Origin: a virus
Direction: 5' to 3' (one strand)
Length of the DNA: 64,000 nucleotides
Virus genome (UHGV): UHGV-1493261
Position 1 is the stretch's first letter. Every line of letters begins with the position of its first letter. The position numbers and the translations under genes were made by a program. Below are positions 1-8,826 of this stretch, piece by piece. The notes beneath the pieces are model-generated. The model made no database searches and was not told the origin of the DNA. It worked only from the letters and a program-made list of their open reading frames with translations.

Positions 1-2
1 TC

Positions 3-614
3 TTTAAACCACCCGTCGTAAAGGGGATCTACCCAGCACGAGGGCAAATCTACTACGTCAAAGGCTCCAATGGTAGCGGTAAATCCACTGTGCCGTCTCA
101 GCTGGCGGAGAGGGATCCTCAGGCGTATGTCGTGACCCATAACGGCAAGGTAATGCTGACTGTCTGTCCTTCGTTCAACGTGGTCTGTATCGGTAAATAT
201 GACAAGTCGAAGTCCAAGGGGGTTGATTCCCTGAAGGACACTGAGCAGATGTTGTTCGCGTTGTCTATTGCTGACCAACCAGAATACTTGAAATATGATG
301 TGATTTTCGAAGGTATCATTCCATCCACATTATTGAGTTCTTGGATCCCCCGTCTGACACGCCCACCACGTGAATTGGTTGTGCTCTTTATGGACACTCC
401 TCTTGAAACGTGTATCACCCGCGTTAAATCACGTAACGGCGGTGTGGACTTCAATGAAAGTCTGGTGGTCGAGAAGTGGGAGAGAGTTCATGACCATCGT
501 CAACGACATAAAGACTTGTTCCCTACGGTGGCTGCGGGTATGATGAAGTCTCACGGCCTAACAGTAGACCAGGCTGTGATGGCATTCCTCTGTCGTGATT
601 TTGGGAGTATCTGA
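3..614 (+). CDS. P-loop NTPase/kinase, 5'-partial at window edge; candidate kinase of the thymidine-modification pathway
   Basis: Frame is open from nt 3; Walker A GSNGSGKST lies upstream of the first in-window Met. Stop overlaps the start of the next gene (TGATG). Confidence 0.55.
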   Translation, partial: FKPPVVKGIYPARGQIYYVKGSNGSGKSTVPSQLAERDPQAYVVTHNGKVMLTVCPSFNVVCIGKYDKSKSKGVDSLKDTEQMLFALSIADQPEYLKYDVIFEGIIPSTLLSSWIPRLTRPPRELVVLFMDTPLETCITRVKSRNGGVDFNESLVVEKWERVHDHRQRHKDLFPTVAAGMMKSHGLTVDQAVMAFLCRDFGSI

Positions 615-1660
615 TGGAAATCAAAGCAATAAACAACAATGACATGCTGAAACAGGCTGTCTTGGCTATCCGTGAATTCGGGATCGAATCTGATCCTGGT
701 AATGCTGAAATCAATACTGATAGCACCCGCTTCCTTGATGGCGTGACCATAACCGTCGCCGACATCCGTGACCGCTGGCTATCCGTTGAAGGTCGTAACT
801 CATCGGCTATCGCCGCCATCGGCGAGACCTTCTGGGTTCTGTCCGGGCGCGATGACGTTCGCTTCCTGTCCCGCGTGTTGCCCCGCGCCGCCAACTTTTC
901 CGACAACGGCCACACATGGCGAGCTGCTTATGGTCCGCGTCTGTACGCTCATGGTCAGCTGGATAGCGTTATCAACCGCCTGCGCAAGAATCCAAACACT
1001 CGCCAGGCGTACCTCACCATCTATGATCCGGCTCTGGATTCAGATGCTGGTCTGGCGAAGTTCAGTGAGAGTGGCGAAGCAAAGACCAAGGACATGGTGT
1101 GTAACCTGGCTCTGTTGTTCGCCATCGTTGAAGGTCGCCTGAACCTGACGGTTATCAATCGCTCACAGGATGTTCTGTGGGGTATGAGTTCAATCAACTT
1201 CATTGAGTTCTCTATTCTTCAGGAAGTGATTGCTCGGGTGTTGGATGTTGACGTCGGCCAGTACAAGCTCTTCTCCAACAATCTTCATTACTACAACAAT
1301 GAAGTCAGCCAGAAGCAGCTGGGCAAGATCACGAAGGACACCAAAGTAGAAGCTGGGTTCATCAACTCCATGATCCACTTCACGAACGTGACCAACCAGA
1401 ACCATATCCGCGATCTGTTCACTGGCGTGCTTGTTCATTGTGACTTCGGTAGCCCTTGGGAAACTGTTGTTGCCTTCCTGAAGGAGTATGATGCGGATCG
1501 CGGTCTGATTGTGCAGATGGCATACTGCCTGCACTGCAAATTGAATAACAAGCTCATTAACCTGGACCTGATTCAGGATCATGGATTGAACACCGCGCTC
1601 ACCCATTCTCCGGTTGACCGCAAGATCGTTGATCCTAAGTTCCTGGAAGGTGTAGTATGA
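614..1660 (+). CDS. Thymidylate synthase-fold pyrimidine hydroxymethylase (candidate dUMP hydroxymethylase)
   Basis: 348 aa. The segment DMVCNLALLFAIVEGRLNLTVINRSQDVLWGMSSINFIEFSILQ parallels the ThyA / dCMP-hydroxymethylase catalytic core (Cys nucleophile followed by the Q-R-S-x-D-V/F-x-G motif); TRQAYLTIYDP resembles the ThyA R-R-x-I motif. Confidence 0.65.
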   Translation: MEIKAINNNDMLKQAVLAIREFGIESDPGNAEINTDSTRFLDGVTITVADIRDRWLSVEGRNSSAIAAIGETFWVLSGRDDVRFLSRVLPRAANFSDNGHTWRAAYGPRLYAHGQLDSVINRLRKNPNTRQAYLTIYDPALDSDAGLAKFSESGEAKTKDMVCNLALLFAIVEGRLNLTVINRSQDVLWGMSSINFIEFSILQEVIARVLDVDVGQYKLFSNNLHYYNNEVSQKQLGKITKDTKVEAGFINSMIHFTNVTNQNHIRDLFTGVLVHCDFGSPWETVVAFLKEYDADRGLIVQMAYCLHCKLNNKLINLDLIQDHGLNTALTHSPVDRKIVDPKFLEGVV

Positions 1661-2226
1661 TGTACCCAAATCTTGAATTCTTTACGGGGCGCAAGCGTTC
1701 CGGTAAGGACTTCTGTTTGGAGTCCCTCATCAGATATCACCAACTACAGGGTGATATGGACATCCAGCGCCTTTCGTTCTCAGATGAACTGCGCCGGGTT
1801 GCCAACTTCATCTATCCATGGCTGCCAGCGGAGGTAGAGGATGCCGTGAAGGACGTTCCTTACGACCACCCTGATAACCCCAAGGGCTTAACCCCACGGC
1901 AGATCTGGCTTCATCTAGGCAGCGATACGGGCTTACGTTACGTACAACCCGATCTGTTCCTGGCGTTCTTCAAGCGCTTCCAGCTTCCTCTGGTAGAGCA
2001 GAACCCCCACGTCCATTATATCGTGAGCGATCTGCGTACCCCTCAGGAATATGAATGGGCGCTGAGTACGAAATGTCCTATCACCCGTATTTCAAAGGCC
2101 GATCGTGCTGGTATCATAGAGGACGATATAGAGGCTTTCATTGACCAAATGAAAGTGGACTACGAATTCCTCAATCCATTTGATGGTTGGGAACCGTTCG
2201 TTAAATTCTACGGAGAACGTAAATGA
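1657..2226 (+). CDS. Deoxynucleoside monophosphate kinase (T4 gp1-like)
   Basis: 189 aa. N-terminal FTGRKRSGKD matches the gp1 dNMP kinase P-loop (GxKRSGKD). ATGA overlap with the upstream gene. Confidence 0.6.
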   Translation: MMYPNLEFFTGRKRSGKDFCLESLIRYHQLQGDMDIQRLSFSDELRRVANFIYPWLPAEVEDAVKDVPYDHPDNPKGLTPRQIWLHLGSDTGLRYVQPDLFLAFFKRFQLPLVEQNPHVHYIVSDLRTPQEYEWALSTKCPITRISKADRAGIIEDDIEAFIDQMKVDYEFLNPFDGWEPFVKFYGERK

Positions 2227-2777
2227 TCACAGCAGGGCATATCAAAAGCCTGCTCGAACTCCAAAAGGCCACTAACGTGGCCTACTTTGGGGAAGAGTGG
2301 AAGAATGTATGGAGTCAGAACGCAGTTATCAACTCCATCTATCGTGAGTGGGCAGAGTTCCTTGATGAAACCACCCGTGACTGGAAGGTCTATGGCAACG
2401 ACATCGGGTTTGACCATACGAACGCAGTTTATGAACTGGTGGACGTGGTACACTTCATGTTGTGCTTCATCCTTGTGGACCGCACCAAAGGTGAGATCGA
2501 AGAAGAATTTGAAGTCCTGAGTAATCGCGAATTCACCCCATCTGCTTTGGGTGTTGTAGGGCATCGCAATGTTACGTACCGCCTTGGGCAATTCATGAAC
2601 GATCCTTGCGTTGAGACTCTCATGTTCTTCCTGTCGTCTGCGTGTTCTTATATGGAGATCGACATTGAGACTTACATACTGGCGCACAAACGCAAGAACG
2701 ATCGCAATCGTCTGCGTGCTTCTGGTGGTGCGGATTACGACAAGTCCGCAGAAACCCCTCTGACCCTGGAGTTCTAA
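2223..2777 (+). CDS. All-alpha NTP pyrophosphohydrolase (dCTPase/dUTPase gp56-like or MazG-like)
   Basis: 184 aa. Helical, acidic patches (EWAEFLDE, ELVDVVHF) typical of dimeric dUTPase/MazG-type NTP-PPases. Overlapping start couples it to the kinase. Confidence 0.45.
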   Translation: MITAGHIKSLLELQKATNVAYFGEEWKNVWSQNAVINSIYREWAEFLDETTRDWKVYGNDIGFDHTNAVYELVDVVHFMLCFILVDRTKGEIEEEFEVLSNREFTPSALGVVGHRNVTYRLGQFMNDPCVETLMFFLSSACSYMEIDIETYILAHKRKNDRNRLRASGGADYDKSAETPLTLEF

Positions 2778-3319
2778 TGTTTACAGTCGTCGTTTCATAC
2801 CATGCGGAGAACGCTGCTCAGGCATCCTCCAAATTCGCCGAGCACATCATCGGCGGCGGCCATAATGTATTCCTTACCGAATACAACAGGCCTGTTAAAC
2901 CGGGCGACGGTCTTTCGGCGACTGTTACGCATAAGATCGCCAGCGAGCAACCAGAGTCTCTGTTCAGAATGATCGAAGAGTATGCCAGTGGTGGCATCAA
3001 GATACCAGATGAACTGGTAGACGTTTATTTTGAAGGCTCGATCTATTATATCCACGCTATGCCAAAGGATGTAACCATTGAACAGATGATGTATATCCTG
3101 AATATAGCACTGAACACTGCGTGCATCAACCGCACGAACTACAACAATCTGCGCAATATGTACCTAACCGACCGACATAATGAAGCACCGTCACCTATTG
3201 AGACGATGTCCCTGAAGAGCATCCAAGAGGCGGTTAACATTTTGTCCCAGAAGGTTATGGGTGTAGACTTACTAACGACGATTAACAACAAAGAGGAAGT
3301 GAAATGGCCAGTTCATTAA
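2777..3319 (+). CDS. Hypothetical protein
   Basis: 180-aa ORF, co-directional; start overlaps the upstream stop. Confidence 0.5.
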   Translation: MFTVVVSYHAENAAQASSKFAEHIIGGGHNVFLTEYNRPVKPGDGLSATVTHKIASEQPESLFRMIEEYASGGIKIPDELVDVYFEGSIYYIHAMPKDVTIEQMMYILNIALNTACINRTNYNNLRNMYLTDRHNEAPSPIETMSLKSIQEAVNILSQKVMGVDLLTTINNKEEVKWPVH

Positions 3320-4389
3320 TGGACCGCATGCTGAAGGTTGCTAAGAAACACGATGACCAGGCTTCAGTGCTGTCCCAATCAGACGCTCTGGAACCGTCTA
3401 TCATCTGTTCTACTGGTATTCCCCTGATCGACATCGCATGGTCTGGGCGTATTGACGGCGGCCTGATCTCCGGTATCAAGATGATGGTGGGTGATTCCCG
3501 TACCTTCAAAACGATGTTCGGTCTGGTGGACGTCAAGGCGTACATGGACAAGTTCCCTGACGCTATCTGTGTATTTGCTGACTCGGAAAAGGGTGCCAAC
3601 GCCGATTACTGGACCTCTATGGGCATTGACATGGACCGCGTCCTGTACGTACCGATCGACAACGTTGAACAGACCAAGATCCGCTTGCTGCAGATCCTAC
3701 AGGAAGTCAAGAAAGGCGACCATGTTATAATCTTCATCGACTCTATCAGCCAACTTCCCTCCACCAAGGAAGTTGAAGATGCGATCAAAGGGAACGACAC
3801 TCAAGACATGACCCGCGCCCGTGCCCTCAACAGCTTCTGGCGTGTCATGACTCCCGAAATCAACAGCAAAAATCTCGTGTGTGTTTGGATCAACTCCTAT
3901 TACGATGAGATCGGCAACCAATATGCCGAGCCTAACATCAAAGGTGGCAAACAGGGCTTCTTATCCTCCAACTTGATCTGGTTTATCACCCGTTCTCAGG
4001 TGAAGGAAGACAAAGATCTGCTGGGCTGGAACTTCAACATAAGCATCATGAAAGGTCGCCATGTCAAAGAGAAAGCCAAGCTCCCTGTGACGGTACTGTA
4101 CAACGGTGGTATTGATCGCTGGAGCGGCCTGCTTGAGATCGCTCGTGCTCTGGGTTATGTTGATATGCCGTCTTCCGGCTGGTATGTGCGTACAGCCAAG
4201 GGTGGTTTCGATCCTGAGAAGGAAAAGAAATATCAGAAGCGTCAGATGGGTGATGATTTCTGGTATCCGCTGCTGGAGAATGTCAACTTCGCCGATGACG
4301 TGAAGAAAATGTTCGGTGTTTCTAACGGTACTGTTATGCCTGCTAACATGCTGGAGCAAATGGACCATGTTATTAACACAAGCGAATAA
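3304..4389 (+). CDS. uvsX: UvsX RecA-like recombinase
   Basis: 361 aa. Collinear with T4 UvsX: VCVFADSEKG vs VCLFYDSEFG; FIDSISQLPSTKEVEDAIKGNDTQDMTRARALNSFWRVMTPEINSKN vs FIDSLGNLASKKETEDALNEKVVSDMTRAKTMKSLFRIVTPYFSTKN. Confidence 0.92.
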   Translation: MASSLMDRMLKVAKKHDDQASVLSQSDALEPSIICSTGIPLIDIAWSGRIDGGLISGIKMMVGDSRTFKTMFGLVDVKAYMDKFPDAICVFADSEKGANADYWTSMGIDMDRVLYVPIDNVEQTKIRLLQILQEVKKGDHVIIFIDSISQLPSTKEVEDAIKGNDTQDMTRARALNSFWRVMTPEINSKNLVCVWINSYYDEIGNQYAEPNIKGGKQGFLSSNLIWFITRSQVKEDKDLLGWNFNISIMKGRHVKEKAKLPVTVLYNGGIDRWSGLLEIARALGYVDMPSSGWYVRTAKGGFDPEKEKKYQKRQMGDDFWYPLLENVNFADDVKKMFGVSNGTVMPANMLEQMDHVINTSE

Positions 4390-4696
4390 CAGTGGAGGGG
4401 GAGGAGACTCCCCCAATAACTACACAATCATCGACCCTGGTGCTGATCAGCTGGCGATTATCAAGATCACTTCTGGCAAATTCCGTGGAGTTCAATTCCG
4501 GTTCGGCAAGGTGGCCATCAACGAAGTGGACGGCGAACCCCGCCTGTCTTTCGTGACTGATATATTGAAGAAACCATTGCGTCTGATGTTTGTGAATTTG
4601 AAAGAAAATGACTTGTTCACTGAGGTGTCAGGGGATATCCTTGTAGATCTCATGCAGCGTAATGCTCAGGAATATAATAAATTTTTGGTGGGGTAG
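4367..4696 (+). CDS. Hypothetical protein (start uncertain)
   Basis: ORF-track frame begins with GTG at 4316 inside uvsX; first ATG at 4367. Contains a GGGGGAG-GAGA-CTCCCCC hairpin near its 5' end. Confidence 0.35.
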   Translation: MLLTQANNSGGGGDSPNNYTIIDPGADQLAIIKITSGKFRGVQFRFGKVAINEVDGEPRLSFVTDILKKPLRLMFVNLKENDLFTEVSGDILVDLMQRNAQEYNKFLVG

Positions 4697-4702
4697 TGGC
4701 CA

Positions 4703-6127
4703 ATGTTACTCGAATCTGTCGTGCTTTCACAGTTGATTTACAATGAAGATTACCAAAGAAAGATCCTGCCGTACCTGAAAGCCGATTATTTTGACAACGA
4801 AGGCGAAAAGGTCATCTTTGGTCTGATTGACAGTTATACCTCAGAGTACAATGCCCGCCCGTCTGTCGAAGCACTATCTATAATTCTTGAACGGACAAAG
4901 CTGAACGAATATGTGTTTGACCAGGCGGTATCTGCCCTGGAGAACATCAACGACAACACCTTCAATGAAGAGTGGCTGGCGAAGGAAACCGAGGCTTGGG
5001 CGCGGCAAAAGGCCGTACACAACGCAATCAAGACCGCCGTCAACATCTACGGTGACGAGAAGCGCAAGGACGAGATGAACAACATCCCGACCATGTTGCA
5101 GGAAGCCCTGGCGATCCGGTTTGATTCATACCTCGGTCACATCTATTGGGAGATGGCGGCAGAGCAGTATGACCACATGAACTCCAACGAGGCCAAGATC
5201 CCGTTCGCAGTTGAGATATTCAATAAGGCGACACGTGGTGGCGTTGGTAAGAAGACACTGAACATCGTAACAGGCGCGATCAACGCAGGTAAGACCACAA
5301 CGCTGATTGACCTGACCGCAGGGTACTCGGAGCAGGGGCTGAACGTCTTTGTCTTCACCCTTGAAGTGGCTGAGAACGTCTGGCGACACCGCCTTGATGC
5401 CCGTATCATGCGTCGCGACTTTGAGTCTTTAGAGAAACTCACAAGGCACGAGTATATTGCAACGATAGAGAAGCTCCGCAGTCGCCAAGATGGTGCGCCC
5501 AAGGGTGATATCGTCATCAAGGAATATCCTTCCGGTACTGGACACACAGGTTTATTCCGCCGCGATATCCTTGAGTACATCCAGGCAACTGGTCGTGCTC
5601 CCGATGTTATCGTTATTGACTATCTTGGCGAAGCTGCTTCCTCGCGCCTGCCTGCCCACCTGATGCAGAACACGAACGTCTATTACACGTCTGTGGCTCG
5701 TGAGTTTCGTGCGCTGGGATTTGAGTTTGATGTCCCTGTATGGACTGGTATGCAGTTCAATCGTGAGAATCAGAATAGCACTGATGGCGGAATCAGTGAT
5801 TTGGCAGATGCTATCGGTATTCCGAAGGTGGCCGACTTCATCATGGCATTCTATGCTCCTGACGAACTGGCGGCGGTCAAGAAAGCCCGAGCCTCAATAC
5901 TCAAGAACCGTTATGCCAACAAGCAGAAGCTGAAATCATTCCTGTTTGGTATGGACCAAGACAAACAGATCCTGTTTGACCTGGACTGGAATGAAGTTAA
6001 GAAGGACCTGACTGAGGCTGAGGCCAAATATGTCGAAAACGTACACATCAAACATGACCTCAACAAGTCCGGGGCTGCTGCCAGCGATGAGCAGAAAGCC
6101 CAAACAGTCAATAATTGGAAATTCTAG
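4703..6127 (+). CDS. Replicative DnaB-like DNA helicase (T4 gp41-like)
   Basis: 474 aa. Walker A GAINAGKTT; N- and C-termini collinear with T4 gp41 (MLLESVVLSQLIYNEDYQRKILPYLKADYF vs MVEIILSHLIFDQAYFSKVWPYMDSEYF; ends NNWKF vs ANELKF). Confidence 0.9.
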   Translation: MLLESVVLSQLIYNEDYQRKILPYLKADYFDNEGEKVIFGLIDSYTSEYNARPSVEALSIILERTKLNEYVFDQAVSALENINDNTFNEEWLAKETEAWARQKAVHNAIKTAVNIYGDEKRKDEMNNIPTMLQEALAIRFDSYLGHIYWEMAAEQYDHMNSNEAKIPFAVEIFNKATRGGVGKKTLNIVTGAINAGKTTTLIDLTAGYSEQGLNVFVFTLEVAENVWRHRLDARIMRRDFESLEKLTRHEYIATIEKLRSRQDGAPKGDIVIKEYPSGTGHTGLFRRDILEYIQATGRAPDVIVIDYLGEAASSRLPAHLMQNTNVYYTSVAREFRALGFEFDVPVWTGMQFNRENQNSTDGGISDLADAIGIPKVADFIMAFYAPDELAAVKKARASILKNRYANKQKLKSFLFGMDQDKQILFDLDWNEVKKDLTEAEAKYVENVHIKHDLNKSGAAASDEQKAQTVNNWKF

Positions 6128-6130
6128 GCA

Positions 6131-6160
6131 ATTCAATAAAGCGGGTCATAGGGTATAATT
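6131..6160 (+). promoter_or_regulatory. Sigma70-like early promoter candidate
   Basis: TTCAAT (6132-6137), 16-nt spacer, TATAAT (6154-6159); AGGAG RBS and ATG at 6192. Confidence 0.35.
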
Positions 6161-6191
6161 CTATGATCTGAATGTAAACCAGGAGCACATC

Positions 6192-6527
6192 ATGTCACAC
6201 AATGATTTTATGGCTGGCCTGGTGCAGGCCGCCAAACAGGTGTGCCACACCAAACAAGCGATTGAGCTGAGTCCGGAGCAGACTCTGGAGTTCTTCAACA
6301 ATCGTAAAATCTGGGAGGAATATGGAATTGGTATGATATGCCAAGAGGGTGAACTCGTACAGCTGGATCTGCCGTCATTTCCCCTTCCAGTGCGCACCAA
6401 CACAGTGGAATGGTATACGACGGAAGATGGTGTAGAGATCATCCCGAAGTTCCAGTATCACTCAATCGTAAACTTCTTTTTACGCCGTTGCGGGACTAAT
6501 CTGATCCCACAAGGTATGAGATCTTAA
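6192..6527 (+). CDS. Hypothetical protein
   Basis: 111 aa; AGGAG RBS 6 nt upstream; TATAAT box at 6154-6159. Confidence 0.55.
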   Translation: MSHNDFMAGLVQAAKQVCHTKQAIELSPEQTLEFFNNRKIWEEYGIGMICQEGELVQLDLPSFPLPVRTNTVEWYTTEDGVEIIPKFQYHSIVNFFLRRCGTNLIPQGMRS

Positions 6528-6542
6528 CAAGAGGAACACCAA

Positions 6543-6857
6543 ATGTCTGTAGAACAAATCGGCTTTTATGTACTACCATCTGATCCTGAATCCCGTCGCA
6601 AGCTGATAGGTGCGATTGAAAACTGTCGTGCCGCCCAAGTCCGCATCAAGTCGGAACAGACTTTCATTACTGAGACTCTGGCCGAGCTGGCGAAAGACAC
6701 GGGTATCAAGGCCAGCGACTTGCGCAAGGTTGTATCCGACCGCGCCAATGGAACTTACCATAAGACGATCGAAACGAGCGAGAAATATCAAGACTTATAC
6801 GAGTCTCTATTCCCGAACGCCAAGCCCGATCGAGATCCGAATGCCAGTGGCGAATAA
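6543..6857 (+). CDS. Hypothetical protein
   Basis: 104 aa; followed by an intrinsic terminator. Confidence 0.55.
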   Translation: MSVEQIGFYVLPSDPESRRKLIGAIENCRAAQVRIKSEQTFITETLAELAKDTGIKASDLRKVVSDRANGTYHKTIETSEKYQDLYESLFPNAKPDRDPNASGE

Positions 6858-6875
6858 ATCAATAGAACACCAAGA

Positions 6876-6900
6876 AGCCCAGTCAAGTACTGGGCTTTTT
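6876..6900 (+). terminator. Intrinsic terminator
   Basis: AGCCCAGT-CAAGT-ACTGGGCT followed by TTTTT, after the stop at 6857. Confidence 0.65.
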
Positions 6901-6972
6901 AACTTCAATAACTTTACTTTCAAGAAATAATCGCCTAATATTTAATCTGTATTGAAGAGTTACAACTACATC

Positions 6973-8178
6973 ATGAGGCTGGAAATGAACGTCAAAACAT
7001 TCAATATTCCGATCGACAATGAAGGGTTGGTAGTTGAGCGACTGAAGAAGCTCGAGCGCACTGCCGAAAGGTTGGGTGTTCCGTTTCCGACTGTGACTTA
7101 TGGTGAACCCTTCAAAACCCACACCCGCGACTTCACTGGTGAGATCCTTACTCACTGGTGGAAACCTGTCACTCTCGAAGGCGAAGGCATTGACCACCCC
7201 ATCTCTTATGGTGGCTGGAAGATCATCGGTCAGTTCAATCACGAATATCCAAAGGTTATTCTTAACCGCCTGTCCGACAACATCAATCCTGACTTCATCC
7301 GTCGCTTCGAGACAGAGAACGTCTCTTGGTGTCAGCATTGCAATCTAGCCATCCGTCGCAAGAACACGTATGTGATTGAAAATGAGGAAACGCATACCCA
7401 GATGCTGATTGGTAGCACCTGTATGCATCATTATGTGCCTCATCAGAAATCGCTTGACGCGATTATGTCTTACTATCTGGAAATCCAAGAGTTCTTCATG
7501 CCAGACGAGGACGACCCAGAGGGTATATATCGCGTCCAAAATGAGCGCTTCACCGACACCCACAGTTACCTGCGCGCATGCTTCCAGGTGATGCTGGCAG
7601 GCGTGGATATCAAGTCTGAACTGTTTGACAAAGTACTGGGCTATGTCCGGTCTCATCAGAAACCAAAAGCAGGTTCCGATGAAGAGTATTTCGTAAACAA
7701 GGCACACGAATACCGTGAAGATGCCGAGTCGGAAATGTACCATATGAAGCTTTTCATCAGTGCGCTGTCCGAATCTAATGAGTTCAATGTTCGCCTGAAA
7801 CGCATGTGTGAACCCGGCTATCACCTCATCAAGGATAACAACACAGTCTGCTGGGGTGCCAAGAAGTATTACGATTACATCCATCGTCCTCGTACTGACC
7901 GCAAGGCGGAGAACAAATGGGTGGGTGAAGTCAGTGAAATGCTGGAAGTGCAAGTCAGATTCGACAAGCGCACCTTCCTCTTCTCCAATGAATATGGTGA
8001 TAGTTACCTGTTTACTTTCAAAACAGCAGAAGGCAATACAATTACCTGGAAGACCTCTTATATGGATACAGAGTTCTTGCAGGGCGATATGATCATCCGT
8101 GGTCGTGTCAAAGAACTGACTGAGTACAACGGCGTTAAACAAACTCAGGTCACCAGAGCCAAATTGAGGAAATTATGA
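6973..8178 (+). CDS. Hypothetical protein with Cys/His clusters
   Basis: ORF-track start 6952 is TTG; first ATGs are at 6973 and 6985. Contains CQHCN and STCMHH motifs. Confidence 0.5.
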   Translation: MRLEMNVKTFNIPIDNEGLVVERLKKLERTAERLGVPFPTVTYGEPFKTHTRDFTGEILTHWWKPVTLEGEGIDHPISYGGWKIIGQFNHEYPKVILNRLSDNINPDFIRRFETENVSWCQHCNLAIRRKNTYVIENEETHTQMLIGSTCMHHYVPHQKSLDAIMSYYLEIQEFFMPDEDDPEGIYRVQNERFTDTHSYLRACFQVMLAGVDIKSELFDKVLGYVRSHQKPKAGSDEEYFVNKAHEYREDAESEMYHMKLFISALSESNEFNVRLKRMCEPGYHLIKDNNTVCWGAKKYYDYIHRPRTDRKAENKWVGEVSEMLEVQVRFDKRTFLFSNEYGDSYLFTFKTAEGNTITWKTSYMDTEFLQGDMIIRGRVKELTEYNGVKQTQVTRAKLRKL

Positions 8179-8288
8179 ATTTGATTGAGTTTGTTCTGAA
8201 GTCGTTCGCCTTTGGTCTGATAGCATGTGGGATGATTACAGCTATGCTTCTCGTCATAGCCCTGGTCATCCCCTTTAAGAGGAAATAG
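8175..8288 (+). CDS. Small hydrophobic peptide (37 aa, single predicted TM helix)
   Basis: Not in ORF track (below 60 aa). ATG overlaps the upstream stop (ATGA), GAGGAAA RBS; sequence MNLIEFVLKSFAFGLIACGMITAMLLVIALVIPFKRK. Confidence 0.4.
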   Translation: MNLIEFVLKSFAFGLIACGMITAMLLVIALVIPFKRK

Positions 8289-8290
8289 AG

Positions 8291-8491
8291 ATGAAACGTG
8301 AAATCATGGATGTGTACGAGCCAGGATCTTGTTGTCCTGGCCATGACAAGTATCCATCCGATACTTACAAGAATCGACGTTCCAAAGCGCAACGCTCCAA
8401 GAGCATTAAGAAGGAGCATCGCCACGCTCGTCGTGTCAAGCGTCTGGGGCTGAAATCTGACCTGAATACCATTACGCGGGAGGACTTTTGA
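8291..8491 (+). CDS. Hypothetical small basic protein
   Basis: 66 aa, Lys/Arg-rich; AGAGGAAA RBS. Confidence 0.5.
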   Translation: MKREIMDVYEPGSCCPGHDKYPSDTYKNRRSKAQRSKSIKKEHRHARRVKRLGLKSDLNTITREDF

Positions 8492-8703
8492 TGGAATGTT
8501 CATGCGGAGGGCAGGGCACAAGTGCCTACATGCCATTCACCACTGTGAAGGAAGCCGAAGCCGCTGGATTTGCCGTGGACAAGGCTCCCTGTGTAATCGC
8601 CACGAAGGATTGCCCGTGCTGTAAGAGGCACTCTCAGGACGTCTTCTACGCCCCTGATGCGCGTCCGGCTACGGTCAACCTGCTCTCACTGATGAGGAAG
8701 TGA
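8488..8703 (+). CDS. Hypothetical Cys-rich small protein
   Basis: 71 aa with CSCGG and CPCC motifs; ATGA overlap with the upstream gene. Confidence 0.45.
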   Translation: MMECSCGGQGTSAYMPFTTVKEAEAAGFAVDKAPCVIATKDCPCCKRHSQDVFYAPDARPATVNLLSLMRK

Positions 8704-8826
8704 CATGATAAAGTTTATCGACTGGTTGTTCTGTATACCGCCGCTGAGTGCTGAGATCCGTTCCCTGATAATATATTGAAGTCTCTGGGGTTATAATAGC
8801 ATCACATATAACCCTGGAGACACCAC

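Noticed and set aside
768-1142. Plus-strand 124-aa ORF in an alternative frame inside the thymidylate-synthase-fold gene
   Set aside because: Fully embedded in a well-supported gene; Ala/Pro/Arg-rich composition typical of an off-frame artefact.
8150-8536. Minus-strand 128-aa ORF
   Set aside because: Antisense to three consecutive plus-strand small genes that each have an RBS and coupled starts.
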